Notes under the pieces: generated by a model
Databases searched by the model: none
Told to the model about the DNA's origin: nothing
What the model saw: only the letters and a program-made list of their open reading frames with translations
Assembly: GCA_041158505.1 (NCBI GenBank)
Contig: JBEBBG010000009.1
Coordinates: 5,157-69,156, forward strand
Source: Candidatus Parcubacteria bacterium
GTDB taxonomy: Bacteria > Patescibacteriota > Minisyncoccia > Phycocordibacterales > JAACPR01
Direction: 5' to 3'
Length of the DNA stretch: 64,000 nt
Shown: positions 1 to 9,012 of the stretch, piece after piece
Numbering within the stretch: position 1 is the first letter of the stretch
Layout: every line of letters begins with the position of its first letter
Program-made: the position numbers and the translations under genes

Positions 1-633
1 TACAAGGAGCATGGTCTTAAGACACCGCTGTGGTTTGTTGCAGTAAAGACGAGCGACACCGAGCTACAGGCGCATGATATTTTGAGAAAAATGCCGCTGC
101 CGGTGATTTTGAAGCCTGTTGACCGCGGCTCGTCAGTTGGTATTACCATTGCAAACTCGTACCATGCGCTGGTTGATGGGCTCAATGCGCTCTACCAGTT
201 TGTAGACTCTGTACTCGTTGAGGAATACATTCGTGGCAAAGAGGGAACTGTTGGCGTAATTGAACAGTTTCGAAATCAAGAGCTGTATCCGTTACTACCG
301 ATTGAAATCATCCCTCCAGCCCACAAAGAATTTTTTGATTATGAGTGTAAGTATGACGGTAGTACGCGTAAAATCTGCCCAGGCACCTTTACGCGTGCCG
401 AAAGCGAGGCAATGCAGCGAGCCGCTGTTGCAGCTCACCGCGCGCTAGGGCTTCGTCACTACTCACGCACTGATTTTATTGTGCACCCAAAGCGTGGGGT
501 GTACGTGATCGAAACCAATGCGCTTCCAGGCCTCACCAGCGAGTCGTTACTACCGTCTGCGCTGGCACCGGTGGGGGCAACCTACCGTGGGTTCCTCGAG
601 CACATTATCGGCCTTGCACGGGACGGAAAATAG
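1..633 (+). CDS. ddl: D-alanine--D-alanine ligase, C-terminal (ATP-grasp) part; the 5' end lies upstream of the window
   Basis: The frame is open from nt 1. The translation ...ILKPVDRGSSVGI...VEEYIRGKE...FFDYECKYDGSTRKICP...IETNALPGLTSESLLP matches the Ddl ATP-grasp C-terminal domain. Confidence 0.8.
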   Translation, partial: YKEHGLKTPLWFVAVKTSDTELQAHDILRKMPLPVILKPVDRGSSVGITIANSYHALVDGLNALYQFVDSVLVEEYIRGKEGTVGVIEQFRNQELYPLLPIEIIPPAHKEFFDYECKYDGSTRKICPGTFTRAESEAMQRAAVAAHRALGLRHYSRTDFIVHPKRGVYVIETNALPGLTSESLLPSALAPVGATYRGFLEHIIGLARDGK

Positions 634-737
634 GGTAGAATGTTCCTCACGTACGTTTTGGTGCTTCCACCGCAACGTCCGTGCCCAGCGATTGGGCCTT
701 GTAAGCAAAGCTTAGAGGTCTTCATCTTTAATTTAAG

Positions 738-813
738 GGCCTGTAGCTCACTTGGTAGAGCGCCTCATTTGCACTGAGGAGGCAGCGGGTTCGAATCCTG
801 TCAGGTCCACCAC
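738..813 (+). tRNA. tRNA-Ala (anticodon TGC), 76 nt with encoded CCA
   Basis: Cloverleaf read by hand: acceptor stem GGGCCTG/CAGGTCC with the G3:U70 wobble that is the alanine identity element; D-arm GCTC..GAGC; anticodon stem CCTCA/TGAGG with loop TTTGCAC (anticodon TGC); T-loop TTCGAAT; CCA at 811-813. Confidence 0.85.
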
Positions 814-911
814 ATCGTTAAGTAGAAAATTCTTGAGTTTTCTGAATCGAGAAGTATGCAAAATAAAAAATAAAGACATTCTTACTTGCTACGTTTATTG
901 GTGTCTTTGTA

Positions 912-1547
912 GTGTATGGAGGTTTTTTGTACATTAAACATCAGCAGCCTGTGCAGCCACAAACTGCAGATTTGCCTACAGCAGAAACTCAGGAAAAAGT
1001 AATGATAGAAAACGAGGGTCAGGTTGCAGCTGAAGTGTCGTTGCAAGAAAAAGTGTTACAGATCGTAAACGATGAAACTGGTCAGATGTCTTTGTACGAT
1101 ATTTCTGTTTCTCCAGATCAAAAATACGCATATGCAACATTGATGCATCCACGAGGTGGTTTGTTCTACCATTTGTTTGATTTGGAAAATAAAAAAGATT
1201 TATTTGACGGATACACCGTTGCCGGAAGTGGGGAATTAAATACAACAAATCATGTTTGGACGAATGATGACAGATTGATTTTGGTAAGCGATATTAACGG
1301 GCATGGGGGAGAAGGCTTCCCTGGTATTTTGGTGGTTAATTTAGCAGATCAAACAATGTATCGGTTGGTTGATATGACGAACAAGTGTCCACATGCATCA
1401 ATTTCAGATTGCAGGCACGGATATCGTTTTTGGATTGAATCGTTTCAAAATAATACGCTGGACTATCTGGTCGTATTTGACAGCGAATCAATAGGGTACG
1501 ACTCATCATACTCATACGAAGCATCAGAGAGTATCACGGTTCGGTAG
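912..1547 (+). CDS. hypothetical protein (GTG start)
   Basis: 211-aa ORF directly downstream of the tRNA. The start codon is GTG. No recognisable motif. Confidence 0.4.
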   Translation: MYGGFLYIKHQQPVQPQTADLPTAETQEKVMIENEGQVAAEVSLQEKVLQIVNDETGQMSLYDISVSPDQKYAYATLMHPRGGLFYHLFDLENKKDLFDGYTVAGSGELNTTNHVWTNDDRLILVSDINGHGGEGFPGILVVNLADQTMYRLVDMTNKCPHASISDCRHGYRFWIESFQNNTLDYLVVFDSESIGYDSSYSYEASESITVR

Positions 1548-1620
1548 TGCACTCGCTATTCTTGTTAGATGTTTATAGTTTCCGTTTGTATCTCACCGCA
1601 AATGCGCTATATTCAAAGCA

Positions 1621-2616
1621 ATGAAAATCAAGCAAACACATAAAACACCTTTCTTTACCACTATTGCCGTTGTCGTCGTTATTGCCGCCGTACTACTCAT
1701 TGCAATGAGAGTTTTTGAAGAAGAGCTGGTCAGCTGGTATGCAGGTAGTAGCGATATTTCAATGAGCTTTGAGCAGTCGGCTGATGAGATGGAATTAGTA
1801 ACACCGCCAGAGGAGGCACGTTTTGTTCCGTTTATATGCAGTCCTGATGTAGTCGCTGAGATCGGGCCAATCCTCTCAAGTTCGTTTTCGGTACTCAATG
1901 CAATGCACGCAGCAGTCGTCGATTTCATAAAACGTAACCCGTGTGACGTCTTACCAAAGCAGCCTGAGTTGGTGAGTGCAGATTCCGCGTCACGTGTCTT
2001 GGAGCTTGATCCAGAAGGATGGGGTGTCGTTGTGTATACGACTGATGCCTTCTTTGTGAAAGTTCGTGCCACAGAAGATGCTGCGAATACGCCTGCTATC
2101 AATACCCTTACCGAGATTATGACCACAAAGCTTACGGAAGCAGGGTTTACCGAAAAGCAGCAATACCCGATTCGTGGTGCTGCAACTCCGGAAGAAACAC
2201 GCAATGTTTCATTTAGTAATGGTGAGGAACGCTGCGTCATTGAGTCTCTTGCAGATAGGTACTATGAGAGTGAGACTCGTGAATCGTACACAATTATGGG
2301 TGTAAATTGCTTTACCCAGAGCGACTTTGAAAATGCTCGTCGCGAGCAGATGCCATTTCTAAGCGCGCTTGGTGAGAAGGGAGTTTTTCTTGATGACATT
2401 AAGGTTGTCGATGGAGATAAAGCTAAGATGGGAATGACCGAAGGTTTCGGCGGTGGGCGCGGCTTTATGTATAAGGCAGATGGTGTCTGGAAGCCAATTG
2501 TACTGTGGCGCCAAGATGCGCCGGACTGTAGTGAGCTTGCAAGTATTCCACAAGAATACTGGATAAGCTGTTTTGATGATGTAGCAAATGAAATCCGCTA
2601 CGGCTGGGAGCAGTAA
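1621..2616 (+). CDS. hypothetical membrane-anchored protein
   Basis: 331-aa ORF with an N-terminal hydrophobic helix (FFTTIAVVVVIAAVLLIAM). No known motif. Confidence 0.5.
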   Translation: MKIKQTHKTPFFTTIAVVVVIAAVLLIAMRVFEEELVSWYAGSSDISMSFEQSADEMELVTPPEEARFVPFICSPDVVAEIGPILSSSFSVLNAMHAAVVDFIKRNPCDVLPKQPELVSADSASRVLELDPEGWGVVVYTTDAFFVKVRATEDAANTPAINTLTEIMTTKLTEAGFTEKQQYPIRGAATPEETRNVSFSNGEERCVIESLADRYYESETRESYTIMGVNCFTQSDFENARREQMPFLSALGEKGVFLDDIKVVDGDKAKMGMTEGFGGGRGFMYKADGVWKPIVLWRQDAPDCSELASIPQEYWISCFDDVANEIRYGWEQ

Positions 2617-2623
2617 GACGTAA

Positions 2624-3340
2624 ATGAAAATCTTCTCACCCCTCCAAAACCATATTCTCGCGAAGCTCAAGAATGCGTCTGCGCTTCGCTACAGCGAGCT
2701 GATGCCTGAGCAGAAAGTTGCAAACGATCTCTTTAACTACCACTTACAGTATTTGGTTGATAAGGGCTACGTCACCAAGCATAATGACGGGTACTCACTG
2801 TCTGAGGCAGGTGTGCAGCATGTGGCGGATCCATTTCCAGTAGATATGGACCGTGAGCAGAAGATTACGAGCCTCTTTAAGCTGAATGTTATTACCATCG
2901 TTTCTCGAGTCGAAAATGGCCGATTGCAGATTCTCAATCAGCTACGAAAGAGTAATCCATCGTATGGAAAAATTGGTGTGATGGGTGGCGTTGTCTACAA
3001 AGGTGAGACAATCACAGGCGGTGCGACGCGAAAACTCAAAGAAGAAACTGGCCTCTATGCAACCTTTACGCTCGTTGGCATGACACGTCGCATGCTCTAC
3101 AAAGAGGGTGAACTTTTTTCTGATGTGCTGTTCCCAATTGCGTATGCAAGTGAAAGTGCTGGTGATTTACAAACAGAAACTGGTTTTGGAGAGAACTTCT
3201 GGGTAGATATTGATCAGGCGCTCGAAAATGATAAGCCACAGCACGATTCAATTAAGGGTATTTACGAGGCGCTTGAGCGGATCAAGGCTGGAACAATACA
3301 TGAACAGCCTTTCTTTTTTACCGAAGACATTCATCTGTAG
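2624..3340 (+). CDS. winged-HTH domain fused to a C-terminal Nudix hydrolase domain
   Basis: The N-terminal ~70 aa look like a wHTH (ILAKLKNASALRYSELMPE...NYHLQYLVDKGYVTKHNDGYSLSEAG). Nudix box G-VVYKG-E-TITGGAT-RKLKEETGL (GX5EX7REUXEEXGU with REU as RKL) at nt 2987-3055. Confidence 0.7.
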   Translation: MKIFSPLQNHILAKLKNASALRYSELMPEQKVANDLFNYHLQYLVDKGYVTKHNDGYSLSEAGVQHVADPFPVDMDREQKITSLFKLNVITIVSRVENGRLQILNQLRKSNPSYGKIGVMGGVVYKGETITGGATRKLKEETGLYATFTLVGMTRRMLYKEGELFSDVLFPIAYASESAGDLQTETGFGENFWVDIDQALENDKPQHDSIKGIYEALERIKAGTIHEQPFFFTEDIHL

Positions 3341-3461
3341 TGTCTTGTAGGAGGCTTCATTGAGGCTTGTTTTTTACCGAGGAGCTCCTCGCTTTTTTAT
3401 TTGTGTCGTTCTCGTAGCATGGGTGCGGGTAGAACAATCCATTACACCTAACGAGTACGTT

Positions 3462-4298
3462 ATGCAACAAGACATTCATTTGTTTAAAACAGAGGGCGCG
3501 GTCACGGTGCCGTACAGTCCAACCCTTCGAGCAGCAGTAGAAGCAATGGAGGAAAGTTGGCGTGCATTTTGTGCGCTGCCACTCGAGCAGAAGAAGCTGT
3601 TTCCCTATAGCGAAGAGAGTGCAGGTGTGGGCTATGAGTACAAAGACACACCCGGGGCAACACTCGATCTGAAGGAGAACTTCCACCTTACACTTGGGCG
3701 GTACGGGTGGCTCATGCAAGCAGCGCGTGCCACTGGACTTCCAGAGGCAGTAACGCTTGTAGAGCGGTGCCGTGATGTGGCGCTTGAGTTGCAACCTGAA
3801 GTTGAGCAGTTCGCCCGCGATGCAGAAGCTACGTGTGACATCCCCGGCTTTGCAACGGAGGTTGCTGGCAGCTCGGACATTTACTACGTTCGCCTCATTC
3901 ACTACTTTGGTGATCGAACGCCAGGGGATGAGACGGCAACTGCGCACTGTGATAAGAGTGGATTCACTTTTCACCTCTACGAAGACACACCAGGCCTTGA
4001 GCGTCTGACGTATGATGGTGCATGGGTCCCAATGCACGTGTCGCCCGGAGAAACACAGGTAATTCCAAACATGCAGCTGCAGTATCGAACTGGTGGTGCA
4101 ATCAAAGCAACGTGTCATCGTGTGGTGGCTACCGAGGCTTCAGCCAAAACTGGACGCTACGCAGCCGTCTGCTTCGTGATGCTCAAAGATACGCCACGCT
4201 ACAACAAACGTGCTGCAGGCCGTCTCCAGGAACGTGAGCCAGGTTTCAACTACACCTGTCCACCAGAGGAGTTTGCAAAGCTGTTTGCTACGGAGTAG
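3462..4298 (+). CDS. 2OG-Fe(II) oxygenase superfamily protein
   Basis: HxD...H facial triad plus RxS-like motif: ATAHCDKSGFTFH ... CHRVVA ... RYAAVCF. The ORF is open from 3360, but the first ATG with a plausible N-terminus (MQQDIHLF) is at 3462. Confidence 0.6.
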   Translation: MQQDIHLFKTEGAVTVPYSPTLRAAVEAMEESWRAFCALPLEQKKLFPYSEESAGVGYEYKDTPGATLDLKENFHLTLGRYGWLMQAARATGLPEAVTLVERCRDVALELQPEVEQFARDAEATCDIPGFATEVAGSSDIYYVRLIHYFGDRTPGDETATAHCDKSGFTFHLYEDTPGLERLTYDGAWVPMHVSPGETQVIPNMQLQYRTGGAIKATCHRVVATEASAKTGRYAAVCFVMLKDTPRYNKRAAGRLQEREPGFNYTCPPEEFAKLFATE

Positions 4299-4403
4299 TT
4301 GTATGCAACGGCTTGCCGCAAGTCAGTCTAGCCAAAATCTCGGACGTGTCCGAGATTTTTCTTTATTGCACCGCCACACAACCTGTGCTTTCATACTTCC
4401 ATT

Positions 4404-5321
4404 ATGAGTCACACCGTCCTCTTGTACTATAAGTACGTACTAATCGATAACCCTGAACAGTTCCGGGACGAGCAGCGTGCGCTTTGCGAAAAACTTGGCC
4501 TCAAGGGGCGAATTATCGTTGCGCACGAAGGTCTAAACGGAACAGTTGAGGGAACAACAGAAAATACTGCTGCGTATGAAGCCGCTATGCACGCTGACCC
4601 GCGTTTTGCTGACATGGTCTTCAAAAAGAGTGCGGGTACTGGGCAGGCATTCCCACGTCTTTCGGTAAAGGTTCGAAAAGAGATTGTGACGGCCAGTCTG
4701 GCCGAGCAAGATATTAATCCTGCTGAGTTTACTGCTCCGCACCTTGATCCAACAGAGCTCGATACGTGGTATGAAGCAGACAAAGATTTTGTTGTTGTTG
4801 ATATGCGCAACGATTACGAGTTTGAAGTTGGCCACTTTGAAAAATCAGTGATGCCTGGGCTTCGATCATTTCGTGAGTTACCAGAGCGGCTCAATGAACT
4901 TGAGCAGTACAAAGATAAAACCGTTGTGACGGTCTGTACTGGCGGCGTACGCTGTGAAAAGGCGAGTGGCTACTTGCTGAAGCAGGGGTTTACCGATGTG
5001 TACCAACTGGATGGTGGTATGGCAACCTACATGGACCGGCACCCAGGAAAGCATTTCCGTGGAAAGCTCTACGTGTTTGATAACCGAATTGTTGTTGGCG
5101 ATGGTAGTGAGCGCGATGATGTAGTCGGCAAATGTAAAAACTGTGAGACCGCATGCGAGGAGTATGCAAACTGTGGCAATGAGGATTGTCACCTACACTT
5201 TATCTGCTGCGATGCGTGCATTCGTGATGATGGTAAAGCATTCTGCTCAGCGCAGTGCGAAGCGACCGGGCGCATCGTACCGGGTACCAAAGCCCGTCGT
5301 GAGGCGCAGGGAGTCGTGTAA
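4404..5321 (+). CDS. trhO: rhodanese-domain tRNA uridine(34) hydroxylase TrhO/YceA family (UPF0176)
   Basis: LLYYKYVLIDNPEQFRDE...IIVAHEGLNGTVEG and the rhodanese active-site loop CTGGVRCEKASGYLLKQGF match E. coli YceA closely. Cys-rich C-terminus. Confidence 0.75.
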   Translation: MSHTVLLYYKYVLIDNPEQFRDEQRALCEKLGLKGRIIVAHEGLNGTVEGTTENTAAYEAAMHADPRFADMVFKKSAGTGQAFPRLSVKVRKEIVTASLAEQDINPAEFTAPHLDPTELDTWYEADKDFVVVDMRNDYEFEVGHFEKSVMPGLRSFRELPERLNELEQYKDKTVVTVCTGGVRCEKASGYLLKQGFTDVYQLDGGMATYMDRHPGKHFRGKLYVFDNRIVVGDGSERDDVVGKCKNCETACEEYANCGNEDCHLHFICCDACIRDDGKAFCSAQCEATGRIVPGTKARREAQGVV

Positions 5322-5357
5322 TTTCGAATAACGGTCATCCGTGCTACCATACACACC

Positions 5358-5960
5358 ATGTTTGATTGGGCGCTTGGGGTGATGGAAGCGAGTGGGTACC
5401 TGGGGATTTTTGGTCTCATGGTGCTTGAGAATGTCTTTCCACCGATCCCTTCAGAAATAATTATCCCTGTTGCTGGCTATGCCGCTGCAAACGGTACATT
5501 CAGTATTATTTGGGTAATTCTGATTGCGGCGCTTGGTGCAACGGTTGGCGCAACCGTGTGGTACATCATTGGCCGAATGTTCGGTGTTGAACGCCTGCGT
5601 TCACTTTCCGGTCGTTACGGTAGATTGCTAACGCTTGCCCCAGAGGATATTGATGCCGCGGAGCAATGGTTTACCCGTCATGGCCGTAAAGCGGTTCTAA
5701 TTGGTCGAATTATTCCAACAATCCGCACTCTCATTTCAATTCCTGCAGGCATTGCACGAATGCCCGTTCTCGAATTTCTTTTCTTTACGTTCGTGGGCAG
5801 TCTTGTGTGGAGTGCTGCGCTCGCTATTGTTGGATATGTATTGCAACAAAATGCAGCAGCTGCGACCCACTGGTTAAACCCGCTCTCCGATGCAATTGTA
5901 TTGCTCATTGTGTTTGTCTACATCTATCGAGTGCTTACCTTCAAGAAGCGTGTTGCGTAG
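5358..5960 (+). CDS. DedA/SNARE-associated family membrane protein
   Basis: Multi-TM protein with the DedA signature region VFPPIPSEIIIPVAGYAAANG and a GRIIPTIRTLISIPAG re-entrant motif. Confidence 0.75.
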   Translation: MFDWALGVMEASGYLGIFGLMVLENVFPPIPSEIIIPVAGYAAANGTFSIIWVILIAALGATVGATVWYIIGRMFGVERLRSLSGRYGRLLTLAPEDIDAAEQWFTRHGRKAVLIGRIIPTIRTLISIPAGIARMPVLEFLFFTFVGSLVWSAALAIVGYVLQQNAAAATHWLNPLSDAIVLLIVFVYIYRVLTFKKRVA

Positions 5961-6017
5961 TGCATCCACATGTTTGAGTCTCTATTTATCGCGGCTGCGG
6001 TATACTAAAGGTACGCA

Positions 6018-6989
6018 ATGCGACGAACAGTGGCAGATACTATTGGAAAAACAGTAAAGTGGCTGATTCCAGCTGCAATTGTGTTTGCGCTTGTCTATGC
6101 TGTAAGCGAGAGTCGCGAACCAGCACTTGTTGTCACTGAGCAGGTTGCAAGTGAGGATGTGGTACTCGAAGATCTCTATGAGCGTGGATACTTTGCAAAC
6201 GCGCTGTCATATAACATTGTTCGAATCGCCGTGACGCTCGGTTTTGATATGGAACCAGGAGCGTATTCACTCACTAAGGGTATGGGGGCTTTTTCATTTC
6301 TCTCTGCGGTATCTGCGCCCGAGTACGTGTACATCACTGTACAGGAAGGGTTGCGGCGAGAGCAGGTTGCAAAGATTGTTGGAGACAAGCTTGATTGGTC
6401 GCAAGCAGAACGTGAGCGTTTCATGAATGATTTGCCGCTGTGCGCATTTACTGGTGGTGAAGGATACTTTTTCCCAGGAGTGTACTTAGTACACAAGAAT
6501 GAGACACCTGAGATGGTTCGGGAACGAATGTTGCAACGCCTTAAGGAATCATTCGAGGAACTTGCAGGTGAACAGACGACGCGCGTTCTTAATTTGCATC
6601 AAATTCTTACGATTGCCTCACTGATTCAGCGAGAAGCAGCAGGCAAAGGTGACATGCGTTTAATTTCTGGAGTAATTTGGAACCGCCTGTTTCAAGAAAT
6701 GCCACTGCAAATTGATGCTACGTTGCAGTACGTAAAAGCAGAAGACGCCGAGAAGTGGTGGCCGCAAGTGCGTTCTGATGATAAGTATCTCGAATCTCCG
6801 TACAATACGTATCAAAATAAAGGCTTACCACCAGGACCGATTGCTAACCCAGGCCTAGCTGCTATCGAGGCCGCACTTAATCCACTCGATACAAAGTGTC
6901 TTTTTTACATTCATGATAATTCACGCAACATCCACTGTGCCTCAACCTACGAAGCGCACAAACGAAATATTAGCTACTATCTAAAGTAG
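6018..6989 (+). CDS. mltG: endolytic murein transglycosylase MltG/YceG family (paralog 1)
   Basis: N-terminal TM. YceG motifs LASLIQREA, MPLQIDATLQY, SPYNTYQNKGLPPGPIANPG, FYIHDNSRNIHCASTYEAHKRN. Confidence 0.8.
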   Translation: MRRTVADTIGKTVKWLIPAAIVFALVYAVSESREPALVVTEQVASEDVVLEDLYERGYFANALSYNIVRIAVTLGFDMEPGAYSLTKGMGAFSFLSAVSAPEYVYITVQEGLRREQVAKIVGDKLDWSQAERERFMNDLPLCAFTGGEGYFFPGVYLVHKNETPEMVRERMLQRLKESFEELAGEQTTRVLNLHQILTIASLIQREAAGKGDMRLISGVIWNRLFQEMPLQIDATLQYVKAEDAEKWWPQVRSDDKYLESPYNTYQNKGLPPGPIANPGLAAIEAALNPLDTKCLFYIHDNSRNIHCASTYEAHKRNISYYLK

Positions 6990-7004
6990 GGTATACTACG
7001 TCAT

Positions 7005-7325
7005 ATGAAACTCGGTATTTTCTTGGGGAGTGTTGTGGCGATTGTTGCCGTTATTTTTGCATTTCAAAATCAAAACACGATTACCGTAGAATTTTTCTCA
7101 TTCGTATTTACAGGGAGTGCGGCACTACTCATCCTCTCTGCGCTGCTTGTTGGTTTTTTGATCGGCACCTTACTTTTTGTTCCAAGCAACCTTTCACTCC
7201 TTTGGAAAGCGCGACAGCTTGCTCGAGAAAACGATTTATTAAAGCGAAAAGCGCATGATGAAACTATTCAGTACGAAGCTCCTGGGCTTGGTGAAGAGGG
7301 TGAAGGACAAATTGATATTGCATAG
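7005..7325 (+). CDS. small membrane protein, LapA/DUF1049-like
   Basis: Two TM helices followed by a coiled-coil tail (LWKARQLARENDLLKRK), as in the LapA/YciS family. Confidence 0.5.
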   Translation: MKLGIFLGSVVAIVAVIFAFQNQNTITVEFFSFVFTGSAALLILSALLVGFLIGTLLFVPSNLSLLWKARQLARENDLLKRKAHDETIQYEAPGLGEEGEGQIDIA

Positions 7326-7332
7326 GTCGCAT

Positions 7333-7575
7333 ATGGGAAAAGACAAAAAGAAACATACAGGACAATCGCAAGCCTCTCTTGAGCAGGTGTTGCGACGAAT
7401 TGATGGTCGATTCAACACGTGGTACCGAGTCTTTTGGTATGGCATGCTACAAGGAGCTGGTGCAGTGCTCGGTGCCGCACTATTTGTACTCATCGTTGCA
7501 CTTATTCTTGAAGCACTTGGGTTAACTGAATTGTCGGAAGCGTTTCGTCACTACGGGAGATACGGCAATCTTTAG
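7333..7575 (+). CDS. small membrane protein, hypothetical
   Basis: First ATG downstream of the previous stop in an ORF that is open from 7255. Basic N-terminus and one TM helix (AGAVLGAALFVLIVALIL). Confidence 0.4.
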   Translation: MGKDKKKHTGQSQASLEQVLRRIDGRFNTWYRVFWYGMLQGAGAVLGAALFVLIVALILEALGLTELSEAFRHYGRYGNL

Positions 7576-7629
7576 TACGTTATCAACAGCTGTACGGGAG
7601 CACTCTTTTTCTCTGTTACTATTAGCGGT

Positions 7630-9006
7630 ATGAGATTTGTTTTTGTTGCAACACTCCTTCTTTCTTTCCTTGCGGCACCATTTGTTGGTAGTGCGCAGAG
7701 TGATGATATTCCCGCGGCTGAGGAGCAGACACAATTCTACGTAAGTGATGTTGTGTTTACGCGCCCATCCTACGCTGCTAGCGATGTCGTTGCGGGTACG
7801 TTCACCTTTCATAATCTAAGTGATGAAGTTGTTACTAATGCGCAATACCGCATTGAGTTAGTCACGTTACTTAGTGATGGAGCGGGCGGAGTGTACCCAT
7901 CAGATGCCCTTGATGCTACCGAGGCAGTTCGAATGCAGGCTTCAGAACCTGGCAAGACGCTCTCGGTACCGTTTACCTACACGATGCCACAGCACGTGCC
8001 TGAGGGTGAGCTCGGCATACTTGTTCAAACGTATATTGGTGAATTGCTAACTCCTGTAGCTCTTGAGTACGTCCCGCTTACTGTTTCTGGAGATAGGGTT
8101 ACATATCTGCCACGTGCAGCTTCGTTGATTGTGAATGATGAAGAGTCTTACGAAACGCTCGCGGGACCAACCGTTGATCAACGAGAACAGGTTGTCCTTG
8201 AGCTGTATGTTGAAAATCCATCAGATGCGCTTGTAACGATCCGCCCAACACTTTCAGTCGTTGAAGGAAAGACATCAACCGGTGCTCAGATCCTTACACA
8301 ACCACAAGCCGACGTTGCTATTGCGCCAGGTGCCGCAAAGACAATCCCGATCACCATTCCATTACTGCAGCTTAACCCCGCAGTTTATACACTTATTGTT
8401 GATGCTGTTGATGTAAAGACTGGTGTGCCAGTGTTTGCTCCTATTGAAGCGCGGTTAGTTGTTGCTGGACTAGAGCCAAGTATTGAGCGTGTAAGCTACA
8501 GTACGCTTGATTTAACGAAACCACTCGCTTCTTTTGACGTGACTGTTTCATACCTTGATGCGCCAATTAATTTTCGTGTTGCTGATGATGGAAAACCAAA
8601 AGACATCCGCGTAGCACAAGCACTGATGCCATCAAGTACTATTGAAGATTGGATACGCGCAACTGGCGCCGCGGCAGTGGTACGCATTGAAGACGCGGAT
8701 CGACAAACCGTACTTAGAGAGCAGCGGCTTGCTTTTACAGACAGCAATGAGGCAACCGCACGTTTTGGGGTGTGGGCTGGAACAGAGCGCGTGCGTGTCT
8801 TGGTAACACTTGAACAGTATGGCAAAGTTATCGATACCTACACTGAGGATCTAACACTCACTGTTCCGCCGTACCCGTTGTGGCAGCGCTTGTGGTACGA
8901 AAATCCACTACTTGTCCTAGGTGTAGGTATTGGTGTTTTGTGTATCGTGGTGCTTGCCGTTGGGGTACAGGTACTACGTCGCCGACGTGTACAAACAATG
9001 ATGTAA
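7630..9006 (+). CDS. large secreted, C-terminally anchored surface protein (cassette copy 1, protein A)
   Basis: Signal peptide MRFVFVATLLLSFLAAPFVGSAQS. C-terminal TM LLVLGVGIGVLCIVVLAVGV followed by RRRR. Paralogous to 10652-12064. Confidence 0.6.
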   Translation: MRFVFVATLLLSFLAAPFVGSAQSDDIPAAEEQTQFYVSDVVFTRPSYAASDVVAGTFTFHNLSDEVVTNAQYRIELVTLLSDGAGGVYPSDALDATEAVRMQASEPGKTLSVPFTYTMPQHVPEGELGILVQTYIGELLTPVALEYVPLTVSGDRVTYLPRAASLIVNDEESYETLAGPTVDQREQVVLELYVENPSDALVTIRPTLSVVEGKTSTGAQILTQPQADVAIAPGAAKTIPITIPLLQLNPAVYTLIVDAVDVKTGVPVFAPIEARLVVAGLEPSIERVSYSTLDLTKPLASFDVTVSYLDAPINFRVADDGKPKDIRVAQALMPSSTIEDWIRATGAAAVVRIEDADRQTVLREQRLAFTDSNEATARFGVWAGTERVRVLVTLEQYGKVIDTYTEDLTLTVPPYPLWQRLWYENPLLVLGVGIGVLCIVVLAVGVQVLRRRRVQTMM

Positions 9007-9012
9007 TTACGT

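Noticed and set aside
752-937. 61-aa plus-strand ORF overlapping the tRNA-Ala gene
   Set aside because: It begins inside the tRNA. It is a spurious frame through a structured RNA gene.
1593-2240. 215-aa minus-strand ORF antisense to 1621-2616
   Set aside because: The plus-strand ORF is longer and fits the one-strand gene organisation with tight spacing to its neighbours. The minus ORF is Ser/Thr/Ala-rich low-complexity sequence typical of an antisense shadow.
3357-4118. 253-aa minus-strand ORF antisense to the 2OG-oxygenase gene
   Set aside because: The plus frame carries the HxD/HRV oxygenase motifs. The minus frame is Cys/Arg-rich with no motif.
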